This document shows positions 57,096 through 64,000 of a stretch of 64,000 nucleotides of DNA, in pieces. Origin of the DNA: Verrucomicrobiota bacterium (GTDB lineage: Bacteria; Verrucomicrobiota; Verrucomicrobiia; Limisphaerales; CANJXF01); contig JAYVSV010000003.1 of assembly GCA_043775015.1 (NCBI GenBank), positions 3,930 to 67,929 of the forward strand, read 5' to 3'. A model generated the notes under the pieces. It saw nothing but the letters and a program-made list of their open reading frames with translations, ran no database searches and had not been told where the DNA came from. Each line of letters starts with the position of its first letter. Position 1 is the first letter of the stretch. The position numbers and the translations under genes are program-made.

Positions 57096-58553
57096 ATGAA
57101 ACCTGGCTTCAACCCACTCCACCACCTCCGCTCGCGCCGAACTTTTCTTGCCGACATGGGCATGGGTTTCACCGGACTCGCACTCGGCGCCATGCTCCAG
57201 CGCGATGGCTACGCCAGTAGCGGCGGGTGGACGCCACCGACCGGCCTGCCGCATTTCGCGCCCAAAGCCAAGAACGTCATCTGGCTCTTCATGAACGGAG
57301 GTGTGAGCCATGTGGAAAGTTTCGACCCCAAACCCATGCTCACCAAGTATGGCGGCAAAACCATCGCGGAGACGCCATTCAAGGACACCCAGGACCCGAA
57401 GAAACTTGCGCTCGAACGGCTGGTGGTGCCCGATGCCAACGGCAACCAGCGCAACACGCTTTATCCGCTGCAAGTCGGTTTCAAAAAATATGGAGAAAGC
57501 GGTATTGAAGTGAGCGACTGGTTCCCGCACATCGCGCAGAACGTGGACAAACTGGCCGTGGTGCGCTCGATGTGGACGACCGACAGCAATCACGGCGCGC
57601 AGACCCAGTTTCACTCCGGACGCCACCAGAATGACGGTGATTTTCCGACGCTCGGCGCCTGGGTCCACTACGGGCTTGGCAGCCTCAACGATAACCTGCC
57701 GCAGTTCATCTCCATTGGTGCCCGCGAATACTGGAACAAACGCGACGGCCATTACCTCGGCCCCGCGCACGACGCCGTGCCACTGCGCATTGATCCGGAC
57801 AACCCGCTCGATTTCGGCAAACCCGAACGCCCATTTTCCGCCGAAGCGCAAACCTTGGGTCTGGATCTCATCCAGAAGCTCAACGGGCTGCGCGGCGTCG
57901 AGTATCCGCAAGACCCCACGATGGCCGCCCGCGTCGCCTCTTATGAGCTGGCTTTCCGCATGCAGCGCTCGGTGCCCGAGGTGCTCGACTTCTCAAGGGA
58001 GACTTCCGAGACCAAGGCCCTTTATGGCATCGACCAGCCGCATTGTCGCGACTTTGCCATGCAACTCCTCGCCGCCCGGCGCTTCGTCGAGCGTGGCGTG
58101 CGCTTCATCCAGATTCAGCACGGCGGCAGCGGCGCGGGCGCCTGGGACGCGCACGGCGGACTCAAGGACAACCACGCCAAAAATTCGCTCGCCGTCGATC
58201 AACCCACCGGCGCTCTGCTCCAGGACCTCGAACGACGCGGTCTGCTCGACGAGACGATTGTCATTTTTGCCACGGAGTTCGGTCGCACGCCTGGTTCGCA
58301 AGGCTCCGACGGGCGGGATCATCACATCTTTGGCTTCTCCGTCTGGATGGCGGGCGGCGGACTCAAACGCGGGGTCGTCCACGGTGCGACTGATGAGATC
58401 GGATTCCACGCCACGGAGAACCGCCACTACGTCACGGACATCCACGCCACCATTCTCCACCAACTCGGCCTCGACTCCCGCCAACTCGAGATCCCAGGCC
58501 GCAAGCGCCTCGAGATTGACCACGGTAAACCGATCCACGAAATCATTGCGTGA
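57096..58553 (+). CDS. DUF1501 (sulfatase-fold) protein with Tat-type signal
   Basis: [20 protein letters not shown] twin-arginine leader, [19 protein letters not shown]...GRDHH. Confidence 0.9.
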   Translation: MKPGFNPLHHLRSRRTFLADMGMGFTGLALGAMLQRDGYASSGGWTPPTGLPHFAPKAKNVIWLFMNGGVSHVESFDPKPMLTKYGGKTIAETPFKDTQDPKKLALERLVVPDANGNQRNTLYPLQVGFKKYGESGIEVSDWFPHIAQNVDKLAVVRSMWTTDSNHGAQTQFHSGRHQNDGDFPTLGAWVHYGLGSLNDNLPQFISIGAREYWNKRDGHYLGPAHDAVPLRIDPDNPLDFGKPERPFSAEAQTLGLDLIQKLNGLRGVEYPQDPTMAARVASYELAFRMQRSVPEVLDFSRETSETKALYGIDQPHCRDFAMQLLAARRFVERGVRFIQIQHGGSGAGAWDAHGGLKDNHAKNSLAVDQPTGALLQDLERRGLLDETIVIFATEFGRTPGSQGSDGRDHHIFGFSVWMAGGGLKRGVVHGATDEIGFHATENRHYVTDIHATILHQLGLDSRQLEIPGRKRLEIDHGKPIHEIIA

Positions 58554-58739
58554 AGCTTACGATCTCCCTTCCCAAGCAGCGTCAGCGGAAGACCCGCCAA
58601 GAGTGACGAGAGAAGATTGCCGATAGCCAGTCATCTCTTCGCGATCTTCTATCTTCCAGCCTCTGCATTCTGCTGTTTTCCAAATCCGAAACACTGATTC
58701 CGCTTGCGACTGTTCGCATTCTGCGAGAAACAAGGGCTA

Positions 58740-59375
58740 GTGAATAACGAAAAGAAATTCCGGCTCGGCGTGCTCGGTTCCGGCAAAGGGTCGAACTTCG
58801 TCGCGATCGCGGAGGCTTGCGCCGAAGGAAAAATCCCGGCGGAGGTCGCCATTGTCATCAGCGATGTGGCGGAAGCCGGAATTCTGGATCGAGCACGGGA
58901 GCGCGGGTTGCGGGCGGAATTTATTTCGCCCGGAAAATTCCGGACTAAACTCGACGACGATGCGGAACGCGCCTTCATCGACACGTTGCAAAAGGCGCAG
59001 GTTGATTTAATCGTGCTCGCCGGTTTTATGCGGATTCTAAAAGGCGAATTCCTGCGCGTGTTTGCGAATCGGGTCATCAACATCCATCCATCTCTTCTGC
59101 CCGCGTTCCCCGGTTTGGAATCATGGAAACAAGCGCTGGATTACGGCGTGAAATTCACCGGCTGCACCGTTCATTTTGTCGATCAAGGCGTCGATACCGG
59201 GCCGATCATCGCCCAACAAACCGTTCCAATTCTGGCAGGCGATACGCCGGAAAGTTTACATGGGCGCATTCAAAAGGCGGAATGGGAACTTTACCCTGCG
59301 GCAGTCAGGGCTTTGGCGCGCGGAGAAGTTCAAGTGCAAGGACGGCAGACGATCTGGAAAACGGTGGCGGGTTGA
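58740..59375 (+). CDS. purN: phosphoribosylglycinamide formyltransferase
   Basis: GVLGSGKGSNF, VLAGFMRIL, NIHPSLLPAFPG, and D in VDQGVDTGPII. GTG start at 58740. Confidence 0.9.
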   Translation: MNNEKKFRLGVLGSGKGSNFVAIAEACAEGKIPAEVAIVISDVAEAGILDRARERGLRAEFISPGKFRTKLDDDAERAFIDTLQKAQVDLIVLAGFMRILKGEFLRVFANRVINIHPSLLPAFPGLESWKQALDYGVKFTGCTVHFVDQGVDTGPIIAQQTVPILAGDTPESLHGRIQKAEWELYPAAVRALARGEVQVQGRQTIWKTVAG

Positions 59376-59573
59376 AAAGATTCCGCCGATTTTGCCGGGC
59401 GCTTTCCTTGAAAATACTTCGACTCTGCGGATTTCTTAAAACTTCACCGACTTAGCCATTGGAAGAAAAAAGTCGCTTTGCAACGCGGACACTGGCAAAT
59501 GATGGGGCGACGCGCGTGAAGAAGTCAGGCGAACCGTTCCTGCCAGCGTGCAATTTAAGATTCCCAAGTTTGG

Positions 59574-60452
59574 ATGATGAAGAAAAAATTACGTTTTGGC
59601 CTGCCGAAAGGCAGTTTGCAGGAGGCAACCATCGAGAAGATGGCCAAGGCTGGTTACAATATTCAAATCAGCAGCCGCTCCTACGTTCCTTACGTGGATG
59701 ACGACGAATTGGAAATCCGCCTGATTCGCGCGCAGGAAATCAGCCGCTATGTCGAACATGGTTATCTGGACTGCGGCATCACCGGCTACGACTGGGTGCA
59801 GGAGAATAATTCCGATGTGCACGAGGTCGGCGAATTTTTGTTCAGCAAAGCCACCCGGCAACCGGCGCGATGGGTTTTGGCTGTGCCTGAAAATTCTCCG
59901 ATCAAAACGGTTAAAGATTTGGAAGGCAAACGGATTGCGACGGAAGTCGTTAACCTGACAAAAAAATATTTAAGGAAACACGGCGTCAAAGCCGAAGTGG
60001 AATTTTCCTGGGGCGCCACCGAAATGAAGGCGCACGAATTAGTCGATGCGATTGTGGAACTGACGGAAACGGGTTCTTCGTTGCGCGCGAACAAATTGCG
60101 CATCGTCGAAACACTTTTGAGTTCCACGCCGAGGTTGATCGTGAATCACAAGGCATGGAAGGAAACTTGGAAGCGAAGCAAAATCGAGACGCTCGCGTTG
60201 TTGCTCAAAGGTGCGTTGGAGGCCGAGGCAAAAGTTGGTTTGAAGATGAACATTGCGGAGAAAAACATCGCGCGCTTGCTGAAAACTTTGCCCGCCTTGC
60301 GTAATCCAACGATTTCAGCCTTGAGCCAATCAGGATGGGTTGCAGTGGAAACAATTATAGACGAGCATGTCGCTCGCGAAATCATCCCTCAGCTAAAAGC
60401 GGCTGGTGCTGAAGGAATCATTGAATATCCGCTGAACAAAGTAGTATATTAA
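59574..60452 (+). CDS. hisG: ATP phosphoribosyltransferase (long form)
   Basis: [31 protein letters not shown], and a C-terminal regulatory domain. Confidence 0.9.
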   Translation: MMKKKLRFGLPKGSLQEATIEKMAKAGYNIQISSRSYVPYVDDDELEIRLIRAQEISRYVEHGYLDCGITGYDWVQENNSDVHEVGEFLFSKATRQPARWVLAVPENSPIKTVKDLEGKRIATEVVNLTKKYLRKHGVKAEVEFSWGATEMKAHELVDAIVELTETGSSLRANKLRIVETLLSSTPRLIVNHKAWKETWKRSKIETLALLLKGALEAEAKVGLKMNIAEKNIARLLKTLPALRNPTISALSQSGWVAVETIIDEHVAREIIPQLKAAGAEGIIEYPLNKVVY

Positions 60453-60467
60453 GCCGAAGTAAAAAAT

Positions 60468-60569
60468 ATGGGTTCACTAAAAAAACGTCGTAAAAGCAAA
60501 ATCAACAAACATAAACGTCGAAAAAAGCTCCGCGCTAATCGTCACAAGAAGCGCACCTGGCAGAAGTAA
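60468..60569 (+). CDS. 33-aa highly basic peptide, bS22 / AURKAIP1-COX24-type small ribosomal protein candidate
   Basis: ATG 60468 to TAA 60567-60569. [33 protein letters not shown]. Followed by a terminator. Below the ORF-track length cutoff. Confidence 0.55.
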   Translation: MGSLKKRRKSKINKHKRRKKLRANRHKKRTWQK

Positions 60570-60602
60570 CGGTTGCCATTTCGGCTACACCAATTTGGTC
60601 GG

Positions 60603-60636
60603 GCGCAGCCTGTTTTTCGGGCTGCGCTGTTTTTTC
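60603..60636 (+). terminator. rho-independent terminator after hisG and the small basic ORF
   Basis: GCGCAGCC (60603-60610) pairs with GGCTGCGC (60620-60627), followed by TGTTTTTTC. Confidence 0.6.
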
Positions 60637-60650
60637 GGCATGGCGCTGTC

Positions 60651-62336
60651 ATGAAGTATTCACTTCTGATTTTAGCGACGGTTGCGTGGATCGCTTCCGG
60701 TTGCAGCAACCTGCATCCGAAGCACTATTCCGCGACTCTTCGCAGTTCAAAACCGAGCGAAACGCCGGAACCAGACCGGTTCTCCGAAAATCGATCGGAA
60801 GCTTTTGCGCGGTTTGCCACCGGCATCAGCTACGAACTGAGCGACAAATCTGAACTGGCCACGGAGGAATTTTACAAAGCCGCTCTGGCTGATCCTGCGA
60901 ACGAATCGCTCTCAATCGATTTAGCGATCCGTTTTCTCAAAACCAAAGAGCCGGACAAAGCGATCGAGCTTTTGTCTAAATCGGCCAGTCTTCCACAGGT
61001 ATCTGGAAAAATTTTCTCACTGCTCGCACAGGCTTACATCTCCACCGGCGAGACGAACCGCGCGATCACGGCGTGTCGTTCCGCCATCAAAAGAGAGCCG
61101 TCCTCAATTTTCGGTTACCAGGTTTTATCGGATATTCTTTTAAAACAAGGTAAGCCGGATGAGGTCATCAAACTTCTCGGGAACGCCTCGCGCCAAACCA
61201 ACAGCGACCCATTGTTCTTCATCGGCCTGGGAGAGTTGCACGCCAAGCTGTTTCACGCTCAGCCAAAAGAAGCGGACGCGGTTAAGCTTCACGGATTGGA
61301 GGCGCTGAATCGTGCTGCGAAATTGAAGCCGACCAATCCAAACGTGCGGCAAAAATTGGCTGACGTTTTCAACCAGTTGGGTGATTCCAAGAAGGCGTCC
61401 GAATTGTATTTGGAATTGCTGGAGGAATTTCGCGATGTGCCGCTGATGCGCGATGCGTTGCGCGAAAAGCTGGCGAATATTTATTTGCGCGGTCGCGACA
61501 AAGGCAAAGCCGCGGACCAGTTGGAAGCGATCGTTCGCGACAGCCCGACCCGCTATCCCGAAGCGTGGTATTACCTCGGCGCATTTGCGGCGGACGCCAA
61601 AGATTTGGACAAAGCCGCTGAATATTATAACCGCGCGCTGGTCGTAAATCCGGATATGGAGCAAGCCTATTACGATCTCGCCGGGGTGCAGCTCGGCAAA
61701 AACCAGGCGGGTGAGGCGTTGAAAACCTTGGAGAAAGCGCGGGCGAAGTTCTCGGATACTTTCACGGTTGAATTCTTCAGCGGCCTCGTCTATTCCCAAA
61801 TGAAAAATTACGGGGAAGCCGTCCGGCATTTCACCGCTGCGGAATTAATCGGCAGAAATGCCAACACGAACCGGCTGAATCACTTGTTTTACTTTCAACT
61901 CGGCACTGCTTTTGAGCGGAACAAAGATTACGAGCAGGCGGAAATGTATTTCGAGAAATCGTTAAAGCTTTCGCCTGATTTCGCCGAGGCGTTGAACTAC
62001 CTCGGTTTCATGTGGGCCGATCGTGGTGTAAATCTGGAGAAGGCGCGCACGCTGCTGGAAAAAGCGGTCAAGTTGGAACCGAAAAACGCGGCGTTCGTGG
62101 ATAGTCTCGGCTGGGTTTTGTTCAAGTTGAACCAGCCCGAACCCGCCTTGGAAAATTTATGGAAAGCCGTTGAGTTTAGTGAGCAACCTGACGCAGCCAT
62201 TTATGATCACATCGGTGATGTTTACCATTCTATGAAGCAAACCGAAAAAGCCATCGCCGCATGGCAAAAATCTCTTTCGCTCGAACCAAACGAAGAGGTT
62301 CAGAAAAAATTGAAGGCCGTCTCCTCTTCTTTGTGA
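60651..62336 (+). CDS. TPR repeat lipoprotein
   Basis: MKYSLLILATVAWIASGC lipobox. More than 10 TPR-like helices (e.g. AEYYNRALVVNPDMEQAYYDLAGV). Confidence 0.7.
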   Translation: MKYSLLILATVAWIASGCSNLHPKHYSATLRSSKPSETPEPDRFSENRSEAFARFATGISYELSDKSELATEEFYKAALADPANESLSIDLAIRFLKTKEPDKAIELLSKSASLPQVSGKIFSLLAQAYISTGETNRAITACRSAIKREPSSIFGYQVLSDILLKQGKPDEVIKLLGNASRQTNSDPLFFIGLGELHAKLFHAQPKEADAVKLHGLEALNRAAKLKPTNPNVRQKLADVFNQLGDSKKASELYLELLEEFRDVPLMRDALREKLANIYLRGRDKGKAADQLEAIVRDSPTRYPEAWYYLGAFAADAKDLDKAAEYYNRALVVNPDMEQAYYDLAGVQLGKNQAGEALKTLEKARAKFSDTFTVEFFSGLVYSQMKNYGEAVRHFTAAELIGRNANTNRLNHLFYFQLGTAFERNKDYEQAEMYFEKSLKLSPDFAEALNYLGFMWADRGVNLEKARTLLEKAVKLEPKNAAFVDSLGWVLFKLNQPEPALENLWKAVEFSEQPDAAIYDHIGDVYHSMKQTEKAIAAWQKSLSLEPNEEVQKKLKAVSSSL

Positions 62337-62716
62337 ACTTTCATTTTTCAAAACACTACACCCTTGAAGAAGCGCGGGCCTTGTTGCCAGACGTTCGGAA
62401 ATGGTTGGCGGAAATCGAAGTGCTTCAGGAGCAATTGAGGCTGCTTGATCTGCGGCTCAGCAGTTTAATTTCTTCCGGCGACGATGTGGGCGGTGAAACG
62501 GTTAATACTTCCATCAAAACTCAAGCCAAGCTGCAGGGCGCGTTGCGGGAATTTGAATCGCGCTCCATTCAAGTCAAAGATTTGGAACGCGGGTTGATCG
62601 ATTTCCCCGCGCTGCGAAACGGAAAAGAAATTCTTCTGTGCTGGGAAAAAGACGAGGACGACATCGAATTCTGGCACGATCTCGAATCGGGCTACCCGGG
62701 CCGCGAACGGCTCTAG
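62333..62716 (+). CDS. DUF2203 family protein
   Basis: HYTLEEARALLPDV...LIDFPALRNGKEILLCWEKDEDDIEFWHDLESGYPGR. GTG start overlaps the upstream stop codon (GTGA). Confidence 0.65.
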   Translation: MNFHFSKHYTLEEARALLPDVRKWLAEIEVLQEQLRLLDLRLSSLISSGDDVGGETVNTSIKTQAKLQGALREFESRSIQVKDLERGLIDFPALRNGKEILLCWEKDEDDIEFWHDLESGYPGRERL

Positions 62717-62722
62717 GTCTCG

Positions 62723-63976
62723 TTATCTCGAAAGGCTTATCGAAGGCCCAGGTTCCGGATCCATTCCTGCCACACAAATGCTTTGGATTCTCAACTCGCC
62801 ATTGCTGCCAAGCGCGAACACCGGATAAATTTCCACGTTATGCCGACCCTGGGAAAAACTTTGAGCCACTTCATGCCAAAAGAAATTTTTTCCGCCATTG
62901 GCTGCCGTGCGCGTCGGCCAGACCTCATCCCGGGGAGTCGTCGCGTAGGGGATGGTTTTGCCATCGACCACAATCTTGTAGCCGAGGCCGTTGGTAATTG
63001 TTTCGCCCAAAATGCCGAGAAAACTTCCGTTGAAATTTAAGTGGAGCGGCTTGGTGGAATCGTGATCCTTCCCGTCGCACACGGCCAATTCGTTCATTGA
63101 ACTGCTGGCGCGGGCCACGTTTTCGCGAAGCGGCGAACCCGTTTGCCAACCTGCCGGAAGCGGGAAGGTTCCCGGTAAAAATTGAAAAACCCTTTTGTAC
63201 TCGACCGCAAAAACCGAATCGCGCGGCACGTAACAAATTCGCCTGGCTTGAATTGCCTCCGTCAACCCGGCGCGTGCGGCCAGATAAATAAATCGGTGGC
63301 CGACATCCGTCATCGCGGCACCGTCGCCCGTCCAAATCTGCTCACGGGTACGACTGAGGTTGTTCATCAAGAAAATTTGAATCACAGCGAGGCTGTTACC
63401 GATGCCGGTGTTATACAGTTTTGCCATTTCAAGGTGATCGCGAAGACGCGGTGGCCCGAGGTGTTTCCAGTCCTTACCCGCAAAATCCAGGGTGGCATTG
63501 AGAACTTGAACGACCGGAGTCCCTTCGGAAATGACTTCGCGCAAAATCTTTTCATAACTTGCCAGCGTTTGGCGATCGGTTCCGGTCAATTTGTCCTCCA
63601 CCGTAAAATCAATAAAAAGCAAATTTGGCCGGATCATCAAAACATCCTGGTCCAAGCGAAACATTCCAAACTTCGAGCCAGTGCCAGTCATTGCAGCATT
63701 GTGAAAGGTAAACTTCGCAGCGGGATAGCTCTGTTTCAAATGCGCCTCCATCAAGGCCCGGTAACTCGTCACATTCCGATCACTCGCACCTTCACCGGCG
63801 GCGAGCGCACCACCGAAAAAAACAACCGATTGAGGTTTTCCGGCGCGGGCCGCGCGATCGAACTCCGCAAAAGAAGCTGCGGTTTTTTCTTCATCCGCAA
63901 CGGCAGGAAAAATCGCGGAAAGTGTGATGGCCAAAACAATTTGCCAGCCGATGTAAAATTTGAATTTTGTTTTCAT
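62723..63976 (-). CDS. secreted SGNH-fold-like protein with C-terminal beta-rich domain (catalytic Ser not evident)
   Basis: Signal peptide. VVFFGGALAAGEGAS occupies the position of GDS block I. TGTGS and FIDFTVED follow in block order. Confidence 0.4.
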   Translation of the reverse strand: MKTKFKFYIGWQIVLAITLSAIFPAVADEEKTAASFAEFDRAARAGKPQSVVFFGGALAAGEGASDRNVTSYRALMEAHLKQSYPAAKFTFHNAAMTGTGSKFGMFRLDQDVLMIRPNLLFIDFTVEDKLTGTDRQTLASYEKILREVISEGTPVVQVLNATLDFAGKDWKHLGPPRLRDHLEMAKLYNTGIGNSLAVIQIFLMNNLSRTREQIWTGDGAAMTDVGHRFIYLAARAGLTEAIQARRICYVPRDSVFAVEYKRVFQFLPGTFPLPAGWQTGSPLRENVARASSSMNELAVCDGKDHDSTKPLHLNFNGSFLGILGETITNGLGYKIVVDGKTIPYATTPRDEVWPTRTAANGGKNFFWHEVAQSFSQGRHNVEIYPVFALGSNGELRIQSICVAGMDPEPGPSISLSR

Positions 63977-64000
63977 AAAGTGCGGAGCAGCTCGTTAATA

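Overview
64-kb chromosomal window that looks like a PVC-superphylum, Verrucomicrobiota-like bacterium. This is an inference from gene content: a PSCyt/DUF1553 + DUF1501 pair, a sulfatase, several PQQ-like beta-propellers, a four-helix-bundle 'S23 IVS' gene and many GC-rich hairpin repeats. I call about 60 protein genes. Housekeeping genes are argJ, argB, argD, argF, purN, hisG, glnD, psd-pssA, nadD-rsfS and rluA. Envelope and transport genes are FadL-like OMP, MFS, a two-subunit Na:solute symporter, CstA, LysE and a YtrA-type GntR+ABC module. There is an ECF sigma/anti-sigma module and three type II TA or TA-like pairs (yefM-yoeB, DUF433-DUF5615, parD-parE). I saw no rRNA, tRNA, CRISPR array, integrase or transposase. 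Main observations: (1) three separate insertions (two ~0.63-kb TA cassettes and a 4.4-kb DUF1553/DUF1501 pair) are each bracketed by diverged direct repeats of the end of the neighbouring host gene, and in one case all 22 substitutions are synonymous; (2) GC-rich palindromic elements sit in frame inside argJ and the symporter gene, or supply a C-terminus and stop codon; (3) a 460-bp GC-rich convergent spacer has pairable ends and no credible ORF; (4) an ABC-2 permease is fused to a 7-blade propeller; (5) a LuxE-like/LuxC-like carboxylate-reduction pair sits with an MFS and two secreted propellers. All functions are inferred from motifs read in the supplied translations; no database search was possible.
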